DNA of 64,000 nucleotides from NCBI RefSeq assembly GCF_058153355.1, contig NZ_CM177019.1; one strand, 5' to 3'. Shown piece by piece: positions 32,681 to 41,409 of this stretch (position 1 is its first letter; each line of letters starts with the position of its first letter). The notes under the pieces were generated by a model. It saw only the letters and a program-made list of their open reading frames with translations, ran no database searches and was not told where the DNA came from. The position numbers and the translations under genes were made by a program.

Positions 32681-34165
32681 ATGTCAGTAAAGGAAGAAAT
32701 TGCTCCCGTCAGCGCGTCTCAAACCGCCGCGCCCCCATCTCTGCTTGATGAAATCATGGCGCAAACCCGCGTCCAGCCTAAATCAGAAAGCTACGATATC
32801 ACCCGCCAGGGCGTGAGCGCCTTTATTGCCGCCATGTTACAGGGCGACAGTAGCGCTGAACCTATCAATATCCTGGCCGTTGACGCCATGATTGCTGATA
32901 TTGATGCCCGAACCAGCAGGCAGATGGATGCCATTATTCATGCCCCGGAGTTTCAGGAACTGGAATCCCTGCTGCGCTCGCTGAAGCTGCTGGTTGAACG
33001 CGCGGATACACGGGAAAACATCAAAGTCCATTTCCTGAATGTCACTCAGGAAGAACTGCTGGATGATTTCGAATTTGCACCTGAAATCACGCAGTCTGCG
33101 TATTACAAGCATGTATATTCAAGCGGTTACGGACAATTTGGCGGTGAGCCAGTGGCGGCGGTAATCGGCAACTTTGCCTTTAAGAACACCACGCCGGATA
33201 TGAAGTTGCTGAAATATATCAGCCAGGTCAGTGCGATGGCGCACAGCCCGTTCCTCTCATCAGTATCATCCGAATTTTTCGGTCTGGACTCATGGACAGA
33301 GCTACCAGGGATCAAAGAACCAGGAGCCATCTTTGAAGGCCCGGCCTATTCCCGCTGGCGTGCCTTGCGTGAATCTGAAGATTCACGCTACCTGGGGCTG
33401 ACTGCCCCCCGGTTCCTGCTGCGTCACCCTTACTCGCCAGATGAGAACCCAGCCAGGACCTTCCGTTACCATGAAGACGTCAGCCAGAGTCACGAGTCTT
33501 ATTTGTGGGGGAACACCTCGTTTTTACTAGCTGCGAACCTGGCTGAAAGTTTTGCTAAATATCGCTGGTGTCCCAATATCATTGGCCCTTCCAGCGGCGG
33601 CGCAGTCAAAGACCTCCCGGTGCATCTGTATGAATCCATGGGGCAAATGCAGGCAAAAATTCCGACTGAAGTGTTGATCACTGACCGGAGAGAGTATGAG
33701 CTGGCGGAAGAAGGCTTTATCACACTGACCATGCGTAAAGGGTCTGATAATGCGTGCTTTTTCTCGGCCAACTCGGTGCAGAAACCCAAAAAATTCCCCA
33801 AAACCCCCGAAGGCAAGGCTGCGGAGACCAACTATAAACTCGGCACCCAGCTGCCATACTTGTTTGTTATCAGTAGGTTAGCGCATTACATCAAGGTAAT
33901 TCAGCGCGAACAGCTTGGCTCATGGAAAGAACGCAGTGACCTGGAGCGTGAGCTGAACACCTGGATTCGCCAGTATGTTGCCGACCAGGAGAATCCGCCT
34001 GCCGAAGTCCGCAGCCACCGGCCATTGCGTCAGGCAAAGATCGAGGTACTGGATGTGGATGGTGAGCCAGGCTGGTACCAGGTCGCGATATCTGTCAGAC
34101 CGCATTTTAAATACATGGGTGCCAGTTTCGACCTGAGCCTGGTCGGACGATTGGATAAGGAATAA
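32681..34165 (+). CDS. tssC: T6SS contractile sheath large subunit TssC
   Basis: 494 aa TssC/VipB family. Confidence 0.9.
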   Translation: MSVKEEIAPVSASQTAAPPSLLDEIMAQTRVQPKSESYDITRQGVSAFIAAMLQGDSSAEPINILAVDAMIADIDARTSRQMDAIIHAPEFQELESLLRSLKLLVERADTRENIKVHFLNVTQEELLDDFEFAPEITQSAYYKHVYSSGYGQFGGEPVAAVIGNFAFKNTTPDMKLLKYISQVSAMAHSPFLSSVSSEFFGLDSWTELPGIKEPGAIFEGPAYSRWRALRESEDSRYLGLTAPRFLLRHPYSPDENPARTFRYHEDVSQSHESYLWGNTSFLLAANLAESFAKYRWCPNIIGPSSGGAVKDLPVHLYESMGQMQAKIPTEVLITDRREYELAEEGFITLTMRKGSDNACFFSANSVQKPKKFPKTPEGKAAETNYKLGTQLPYLFVISRLAHYIKVIQREQLGSWKERSDLERELNTWIRQYVADQENPPAEVRSHRPLRQAKIEVLDVDGEPGWYQVAISVRPHFKYMGASFDLSLVGRLDKE

Positions 34166-34169
34166 TCCG

Positions 34170-34595
34170 ATGCAAAGACGGGATTCAGGACCAACCGGCA
34201 GTCTTTTTGAACGTATCCGTGAAGCGGCAAACCCACCTTCATACCAGAATCCAAAAGAAGCACTGATACGTTCCATCAGATGTAACCTGCGACAGGTCCT
34301 GAATACCCGCTCCGGCAGCTGTTATGGCTCACCAGAGCTGGGGATCGGCGATCTGGATAATGTGGCCTCCATCTCCATGAATCTCAGGGATTCAACTGCG
34401 CAGAAAATCAGGCACTGCATTCTGCGTTATGAACCCCGTATCACTGAAGTCACTGTTATCGTCGTCGCACAGGATGAAAATGCACCGTTAGAGTTGCGTT
34501 TTCGGATTGTGGCTTGTGTTGATTTCAGCGAGGCCAGAGATGTACTTGAGTTTGACATCGTACTGGACAGCCACCAGCAATACCGAGTGGAGTAA
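34170..34595 (+). CDS. tssE: T6SS baseplate protein TssE (gp25-like)
   Basis: 141 aa GPW/gp25-like. Confidence 0.8.
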   Translation: MQRRDSGPTGSLFERIREAANPPSYQNPKEALIRSIRCNLRQVLNTRSGSCYGSPELGIGDLDNVASISMNLRDSTAQKIRHCILRYEPRITEVTVIVVAQDENAPLELRFRIVACVDFSEARDVLEFDIVLDSHQQYRVE

Positions 34596-34600
34596 ACGTC

Positions 34601-36442
34601 ATGCCCTTTGAGGAACGGTATTACCGCGAAGAGCTGGATTATCTGCGCCAGCTCGGCAAGCTGTTGTCCCAGGAAAAACCGCATCTGGCCCATTTTCTGG
34701 CCGAGAAAGAGGGCGATCCGGATGTGGAACGCCTGCTGGAAGCCTTTGCTTTTATGTCCGGCAGCCTGCGCCAGAAACTTGAAGATGAATTTCCAGAATT
34801 CACCCATGGGTTGATCCGTATGCTGTGGGCCAACTATTTACGCCCAGTTCCGGCCATGACGGTTATTGCTTATGAACCCAAAGCCAGTCAGTTAAAAGTT
34901 CCTGTTCAGGTCTGTCGTAATGAGCTGATAAGTTCAGATACAACCCGTACAACCGTTTCGGGTCGAAAACCCCTGCCTGACGACAAAGATAAATCAGAGT
35001 TACTCCCAGCCTGCCATTTCACGCTAGCAAGGGATATCTGGCTGCAACCGCTGCGCATTCTCGATACCCGCAACGCCAGCAGCCTGAAAGAAGGCGTCAT
35101 CGATATCAGTTTCACCGCAGATAACAAAGTCTCCCCCGCCATGCTTGACCTGAACAAAATCACATTCTGGTTGGGTAATGAAGACGATTATACCCGACAC
35201 CAGCTTTATCTGTGGTTTTGCGAATGCCTGATGGATGCGGAGCTGATTGCCGGAGAGCGCCACCTGCCGCTGCCGGATCTGTGGCTGGAAGCTGCGGGTT
35301 TTGACAACCAGGATGCCCTGCTGCCGTGGCCGAAAAATGTCCACAGCGGCTACCGGGTACTCCAGGAGTATTTCTGCTATCCCGAAGCCTTCTTCTTTTT
35401 TCATCTGCGCGATGTTGCGCCGCTACCGGACGATTTCCCGGTGAGTGCGTTTACGCTGCGCCTGCACTTTAACCGCCCGTTACCTGCTGACATTAAACTA
35501 CGCCAGGATTCACTGCGTCTGCATTGTACGCCAGCCATTAACTTGTTTACGCATTACGCGGAACCCGTCAGGCCGGATGGTCGGATGGCGGAATACCCAC
35601 TGCGCGCCAGCCATCGACACACGGATGCTTATGACATTTTTCAGATAAGCACCGTCACCAGTAAAGCCAAAGTTTCAGGTACTGAATCCAGCCCTGGTAG
35701 CAAGGCGCGTGTCTGGCCCGAATTTGAAAGCTTCCAGCACCAGATGGAGTACAGCCGCCAGCGGGAAGTCGTCTACTGGCACCACCGGACTAAAACATCC
35801 CTGTTTCACCGCGGGCTTGAACATTCCATCGCCTTTGTCCATGCGGACGGCAGCATACCGGACCGTTCACTGTTTAACGATGATGTGATCACCACGTCAT
35901 TACTCTGTACCAACCGAATGATCCCTACCCGGCTGCATACTGGCGATATCTGCGTGGCCGTCAACAAAAATCCGGCAGTGGCCTCATTTCGTAATGTCAC
36001 GCGCCCGACACAGCCGCTCTGGCCAGTCACGGACGGCGACATGCACTGGTCGCTGATTTCCGCGATGAACCTGAACTACCTCTCCCTGCTGGACAGGGAG
36101 ACACTGATCCAGATCCTGCGGACCTTCGACCTGCCAGGCGCTCACCATCCGCAGCGGGCCAGACTGTCGCGACAGAAACTGGATGCCATAGAAAAACTCG
36201 AAACCAAACCTGTTGACAGGTTGTTTAAAGGCGTGCCGGTTCGCGGGCTGGCGACCACGCTGTGGATACGTCCCGATCCGTTTATCTGCGAAGGTGAAAT
36301 TTATCTTCTGGGTACCGTGCTCTCGCACTTTTTTGCCCTCTACGCCAGCATCAATTCGTATCACTGTCTGAAAATCATTAACACGGAAAGTCAGGAGTCC
36401 TGGGAATGGCAGGAGAAAATGGGCCAGCACGCCCTGATATAG
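34601..36442 (+). CDS. tssF: T6SS baseplate protein TssF
   Basis: 613 aa TssF/ImpG family. Confidence 0.85.
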   Translation: MPFEERYYREELDYLRQLGKLLSQEKPHLAHFLAEKEGDPDVERLLEAFAFMSGSLRQKLEDEFPEFTHGLIRMLWANYLRPVPAMTVIAYEPKASQLKVPVQVCRNELISSDTTRTTVSGRKPLPDDKDKSELLPACHFTLARDIWLQPLRILDTRNASSLKEGVIDISFTADNKVSPAMLDLNKITFWLGNEDDYTRHQLYLWFCECLMDAELIAGERHLPLPDLWLEAAGFDNQDALLPWPKNVHSGYRVLQEYFCYPEAFFFFHLRDVAPLPDDFPVSAFTLRLHFNRPLPADIKLRQDSLRLHCTPAINLFTHYAEPVRPDGRMAEYPLRASHRHTDAYDIFQISTVTSKAKVSGTESSPGSKARVWPEFESFQHQMEYSRQREVVYWHHRTKTSLFHRGLEHSIAFVHADGSIPDRSLFNDDVITTSLLCTNRMIPTRLHTGDICVAVNKNPAVASFRNVTRPTQPLWPVTDGDMHWSLISAMNLNYLSLLDRETLIQILRTFDLPGAHHPQRARLSRQKLDAIEKLETKPVDRLFKGVPVRGLATTLWIRPDPFICEGEIYLLGTVLSHFFALYASINSYHCLKIINTESQESWEWQEKMGQHALI

Positions 36443-37455
36443 CGGCAAAACCGCCGTTACCGGCGGATGTGCGCAACTGCAATTTCTATGTGCTAATGGA
36501 GGCGCTGTACCGTCGGTATGGCACGCCGGGCCAGGACATTTCCCTGCGTACCGAGCCTGCCCGGGAGATCGTGCGTTTCAGCTCTGACGCCAGTATCGGT
36601 TTTCCGGGTACGGACCTGAGTGCGCTTTCCCGTAGCCAGAACGGACAGTATGTACTGCAAACCCGGTTCCTGGGTTTTTCCGGCAGCCAGTCGCCGCTAC
36701 CAGGCTATTATCTGGATCAGATGGCGCAGGAGTCCGCACAGAACGAAGACGGCCTGAAAGAATTTCTCGATCTATTCAGCCACCGCTGGACACAGTTTGC
36801 CTATCATGCCTGGCGCAAATACCGCTACTACATCTGCTTTCGTAACGGCGGTACTGACACCTTTTCACAGCGCATGTACGCACTGGTCGGGCTGGGTAAT
36901 CAGAGCGTGCGTGACAGGCTTGCCATTAACCACAGCAAAATGCTGGCCTACGCCGGAATTCTGGCAACACCAGGCCGCGCGCCGGAGGTTATCTGTAATC
37001 TGGTGTCGCACTGTTTTGATTTGCCGGATGTCACCATTGAACGCTGGCAACTGCGTAAAGTCGCCATTGATCCGGCACACCAGAACCGGCTGGGTGTACG
37101 TAATCCGAAAGGAAAAACGGCTGGACATATTCCGGGACGCTCCATACTCGGCGTTAATTTTACCCTCGGCGCACGGGTGCCGGATCGCAGCGGAAAATTC
37201 CTGTTGCAGATTGGCGGCCTGTCGCGGGAGCGTTATCTCTCATTTTTACCCGATGGCGAAAATCACCTGCCGCTGACCATGTTCCTTTCTTTTATTCTGC
37301 GCGACCAGTTTGCCTGGGATTTACGGCTGTGCCTGGCACCACAGCAGGCTAAAGGGATGCGCCTTGGCGATTCGGCCAGCTCCCGCCTCGGCAGAACCAG
37401 CTTTATTGGTCAGCCGAAAGTACCGCCCGCCATCACAATCCGAATCAGGGAATAA
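36406..37455 (+). CDS. tssG: T6SS baseplate protein TssG
   Basis: 349 aa TssG/ImpH family; overlaps tssF end. Confidence 0.8.
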   Translation: MAGENGPARPDIAAKPPLPADVRNCNFYVLMEALYRRYGTPGQDISLRTEPAREIVRFSSDASIGFPGTDLSALSRSQNGQYVLQTRFLGFSGSQSPLPGYYLDQMAQESAQNEDGLKEFLDLFSHRWTQFAYHAWRKYRYYICFRNGGTDTFSQRMYALVGLGNQSVRDRLAINHSKMLAYAGILATPGRAPEVICNLVSHCFDLPDVTIERWQLRKVAIDPAHQNRLGVRNPKGKTAGHIPGRSILGVNFTLGARVPDRSGKFLLQIGGLSRERYLSFLPDGENHLPLTMFLSFILRDQFAWDLRLCLAPQQAKGMRLGDSASSRLGRTSFIGQPKVPPAITIRIRE

Positions 37456-37459
37456 TTCT

Positions 37460-38752
37460 ATGGAACCACATATGGCTGAGGAAAAACAGCAATCCCGCCA
37501 GGCCTCACTGACTTTACAGGTGATGAATGGCAACGAACTGGAAAGCGGACGCGCCGCAAAATGCCTGTTCAGCGAAAACGGCGGTGATATTGGCCATACG
37601 CCGGAATGTCACTGGCAGGTACAGGACCGGGCGGGAAGCATTGCTGCGCGTGCCTGTACCGTTATCCGGCACGACGGAGCCTATTGCCTGCGGTGCCTGA
37701 CGCCGGGACTGATGATTAATCTGGCCCCGGTCTCTTCCGATGCGCTCATCCGCCTGCGCCAGGGGGATGAGATCCAGCTCGGCGCACTGGCGCTGAAAGT
37801 GTTTCTGCATGACGGTGCAGCTGTTACCTATGACGAGCGGATGGCGGCCCCGGAAACGATTGTAATGAACCGCGACAGTCTGGCGGACACCCTGTTGACC
37901 ACCGAGGGACAACCGGCGTATCCGGGAATGCCGTTCCAGCATCAGCTTGCCCCCACGGTGGCGCACGGTTTTTCCAGCGATCCGCTCCAGGCACTCCAGA
38001 CGGAAAGCCTGATGGTGGCAGATGATCCGATCGCCCCACGCGTTTCCCGGCCCGTTGCCCCCGCCTCCGATCTGACAGGTGCAAACGGGATCAACACGCC
38101 GTTTATGGATCTGCCGCCCGGCAATGCCCGTCATGAGGACGGCGATGAATTTTCTGCCATGGCGCAGTACCACCTGGCCGTAACCCCGCTGCTGCGCGGT
38201 ATGGAGTGTCCGCTGACGCTGCACAATTCTCAGGATGCGGATGAGTTTCTCGAAGAGGCCGGACGGGCGTTGCAGGCCGCCATTAAGGGATTGCTGAGTC
38301 TGCAACAACAACAGAACAGCCTGTCAGATAAACACCTGCGTCCACTGGAAGACAACCCGTTGCGCCTTGATATGGACTATGCCACCGCGCTGAACGTCAT
38401 GTTCGCCGAGGGTAAAAGCCCGGTACATCTCGCAGCACCTGCGGCCATCGCCGAAAGCCTGCGCAACATCCGGCATCATGAAGAGGCCAACCGGGCGGCG
38501 ATTGTGGAAGCGTTGCGTGTCATGCTGGACGCCTTCTCGCCGGGCAACCTGATGCGCCGCTTTGCACAGTACCGCCGCAGCCATGAGCTACGCCAGAAAA
38601 TGGACGACGCCTGGGCATGGCAGATGTACCGCAACTATTACGATGAACTGGCCTCCAGCCGCCAGCAGGGATTCGAAATGCTGTTCAATGAAGTCTATGC
38701 CCAGGTCTATGACCGGGTGTTGCGCGAAAAACAGCGGGAGCCGGAAGCATGA
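37460..38752 (+). CDS. tagH: FHA-domain T6SS accessory protein (Fha/TagH-like)
   Basis: N-terminal FHA-like segment (GRAAKCLF...GDIGHTPECHWQV...VIRHDGAYCL); start at ATG 37460 just after the tssG stop. Confidence 0.65.
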   Translation: MEPHMAEEKQQSRQASLTLQVMNGNELESGRAAKCLFSENGGDIGHTPECHWQVQDRAGSIAARACTVIRHDGAYCLRCLTPGLMINLAPVSSDALIRLRQGDEIQLGALALKVFLHDGAAVTYDERMAAPETIVMNRDSLADTLLTTEGQPAYPGMPFQHQLAPTVAHGFSSDPLQALQTESLMVADDPIAPRVSRPVAPASDLTGANGINTPFMDLPPGNARHEDGDEFSAMAQYHLAVTPLLRGMECPLTLHNSQDADEFLEEAGRALQAAIKGLLSLQQQQNSLSDKHLRPLEDNPLRLDMDYATALNVMFAEGKSPVHLAAPAAIAESLRNIRHHEEANRAAIVEALRVMLDAFSPGNLMRRFAQYRRSHELRQKMDDAWAWQMYRNYYDELASSRQQGFEMLFNEVYAQVYDRVLREKQREPEA

Positions 38753-39273
38753 ACGGCAAGGTGTTTCTGGCCTGCGTTCTGATGAGCGTTGCGTTAAGTG
38801 GCTGTGAAACAGCGAAAAAAATCAGTCAGGTGATCCGCAATCCGGATATTCAGGTCGGAAAGCTGATGGATCAGGCAACCGAGCTGACCGTCACGCTGCT
38901 GACCGAGCCGGACAGCAACCTGACGGCGGACGGTGAAGCCGCGCCGGTGGATGTTCAACTGGTTTATCTGAGTGATGACTCTAAATTCCAGGCCGCCGAC
39001 TACGACCAGGTTGCCACCACCGCACTGCCCGACGTGCTGGGAAAAAACTATATCGATCATCAGGACTTCAACCTGTTGCCGGACACCGTAAAAACACTGC
39101 CGCCGATCAAGCTGGATGAGAAAACCGGTTATATCGGTGTCATTGCCTATTTTTCAGACGACCAGGCCACAGAATGGAAACAAATTGAGCCGGTAGAAAG
39201 TATCGGCCACCACTATCGCCTGCTGGTGCATATCCGCGCCAGTGCGATTGAGATGAAAAAAGAGGAAAACTGA
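38749..39273 (+). CDS. tssJ: T6SS outer-membrane lipoprotein TssJ
   Basis: 174 aa with lipobox LSGC. Confidence 0.8.
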   Translation: MNGKVFLACVLMSVALSGCETAKKISQVIRNPDIQVGKLMDQATELTVTLLTEPDSNLTADGEAAPVDVQLVYLSDDSKFQAADYDQVATTALPDVLGKNYIDHQDFNLLPDTVKTLPPIKLDEKTGYIGVIAYFSDDQATEWKQIEPVESIGHHYRLLVHIRASAIEMKKEEN

Positions 39274-39275
39274 CG

Positions 39276-40622
39276 ATGGCAACAATGAAAAACAAGGTGA
39301 TCTGGCAGGAAGGGCTGTTTGCCCTGCCGCAGCATTTTCAGCAACAGCAGCGTCACTGCGAGTACCTGCTGACCCGTCGTCTGGATGCTCAGGGTGATTT
39401 TTTCTGGGGCTTTACGGAACTCTCCATCAATACCGAACTGCTTGCCCAGGGCAAAATCATGATTGACCGTGCGGCGGGCTGTATGCCTGACGGCACCGTA
39501 TTCAGCATTCCCGACCAGGATCTGCTGCCGGAACCTTTCCAGCCGGGAACCCTTTCATCGAAAGAGAGCCACAATATTTATCTGGCGCTGCCTGTAATCA
39601 GCGACGTGATCAATGAAATCCAGGGGTTGCACAGCGCCGGTCAGGGTACGGAGCGTTACCGCCTCACCCATACCCGCGTCCGTGATTTTCACACTGACGA
39701 AGGCGACGAACAGCCGGTCGGTCTGGGGCAGTTGATCCCCAGGATAGTCAGCGGCGCAGATGATCTCAGCGCGATGGTGACCCTCCCCCTGTGCCGTATC
39801 CTCAATAAAAATGCTACCGGCGCACTGGTGCTGGACAACACCTTTATTCCCACCATTCAGGCCGTCCGTGTCAGCGGGTTGCTCGGGGCATTCTCCGGCG
39901 AGGTGCAGGGGCTACTTGCCACCCGCGCCGCCGACCTGGCCGGGCGCATCGGTTCGCCTGAACAGAGCGGGATCGCCGATGTGGCCGAATTTATGATGTT
40001 GCAGATGCTTAACCGCCATCAAATGCAGTTCACGCATCGTTCCCAACTGCACACGCTGCATCCGGAAGCCTTCTACCGGGATCTGGTGGGGCTGCTGGGA
40101 GAACTGATGACCTTCACCGAAGGTAATCGCCTGCCCTGCACCGTGGAGCCGTATAATCACCGGGATCTTACCGCGACCTTCACCAGAACAGTAATTCCGG
40201 AACTGCGGCGCGCACTCAATACCGTGCTGGTACCGCGTGCGCAGAATCTGCCGCTGTTCTTTTCAGAGGGGACCTGGATCGCCACCATCAGCGATCCCAC
40301 ACTGTTGCAGTCCTGCAAGCTGGTACTGGCAGTGCGCGCCAGGATGCCCTACGACCAGGTGCAGCGCCAGTTCATCCAGCAGTCGAAAGTGGCCGCTACC
40401 GACAAAATCCGCAGCGTGGTCAGCGTGCAGGTGCCGGGTATTCCGCTGCACACGCTTACCGCTGCGCCGCGTCAGTTGCCCTGGCATGAAGGTTATGTTT
40501 ACTTCGAACTGGAAAAAGGCACCCCAGCCTGGCAGGACGTGATAAAAGCGGGCGCGCTGGCGCTGCATATCTCCGGCACCTTCCCCGATCTGAACCTTCA
40601 GCTCTGGGCGATAAGGGGATAA
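39276..40622 (+). CDS. tssK: T6SS baseplate protein TssK
   Basis: 448 aa TssK family. Confidence 0.85.
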   Translation: MATMKNKVIWQEGLFALPQHFQQQQRHCEYLLTRRLDAQGDFFWGFTELSINTELLAQGKIMIDRAAGCMPDGTVFSIPDQDLLPEPFQPGTLSSKESHNIYLALPVISDVINEIQGLHSAGQGTERYRLTHTRVRDFHTDEGDEQPVGLGQLIPRIVSGADDLSAMVTLPLCRILNKNATGALVLDNTFIPTIQAVRVSGLLGAFSGEVQGLLATRAADLAGRIGSPEQSGIADVAEFMMLQMLNRHQMQFTHRSQLHTLHPEAFYRDLVGLLGELMTFTEGNRLPCTVEPYNHRDLTATFTRTVIPELRRALNTVLVPRAQNLPLFFSEGTWIATISDPTLLQSCKLVLAVRARMPYDQVQRQFIQQSKVAATDKIRSVVSVQVPGIPLHTLTAAPRQLPWHEGYVYFELEKGTPAWQDVIKAGALALHISGTFPDLNLQLWAIRG

Positions 40623-40626
40623 GTGA

Positions 40627-41400
40627 ATGAGCGATATCAGCGATATGGGTGAACCGTCGGTTTTTCCCATGGAGCCGGAGAGCGGAACATCAGGACGTCA
40701 GTACCGTCTCGCCCTTCGCGGCAACAGCCTGAACCCAATGATTGACGCCGCCACGCCGTTGCTCGGCATGGTGATGCGTCTGTCCACCATGAACAGCCAG
40801 GCCATGCCGGAACATCTGTTTGCCCAGGTGGTAACCGATGTCCAGGCTGTGGAACAACTACTCCAGGAGCAGGGTTACGAGCCGGGCGTCATTGTTTCGT
40901 TCCGCTACATTCTCTGCACGTTTATTGACGAAGCGGCGCTGGGCAACGGCTGGTCCAACAAAAACGAATGGATCAAACAGTCGCTGCTGGTTCATTTTCA
41001 TAACGAAGCCTGGGGCGGCGAGAAAGTGTTTATCCTGCTCGAACGCCTGATCCGGGAGCCGGTACGTTACCAGGATCTGCTGGAATTTTTATATCTCTGT
41101 TTTTCGCTCGGCTTTCGCGGGCGCTACAAGGTTGCCATTCAGCAACAGGATGAATTTGAGCGGATCTACCAGCGCCTGCACCATGCCCTGCACAAACTGC
41201 GCGGTGACGCGCCATTTCCGCTACTCCACCAGAAGAACAACATACAGAGCGGGCGTTATCAGTTAATCCGGCGGCTGACCATCAGGCATGTACTGTGCGG
41301 TGGTCTTGTCGTGCTGGTCGTTTTTTATCTGTTTTATCTGCTGCGTCTGGACAGCCAGACGCAAGATATTCTGCATCAGCTCAATAAATTACTCCGATAA
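40627..41400 (+). CDS. tssL: T6SS membrane-complex protein TssL (DotU-like)
   Basis: 257 aa with single C-terminal transmembrane helix; no OmpA extension. Confidence 0.8.
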   Translation: MSDISDMGEPSVFPMEPESGTSGRQYRLALRGNSLNPMIDAATPLLGMVMRLSTMNSQAMPEHLFAQVVTDVQAVEQLLQEQGYEPGVIVSFRYILCTFIDEAALGNGWSNKNEWIKQSLLVHFHNEAWGGEKVFILLERLIREPVRYQDLLEFLYLCFSLGFRGRYKVAIQQQDEFERIYQRLHHALHKLRGDAPFPLLHQKNNIQSGRYQLIRRLTIRHVLCGGLVVLVVFYLFYLLRLDSQTQDILHQLNKLLR

Positions 41401-41409
41401 GGACATCTT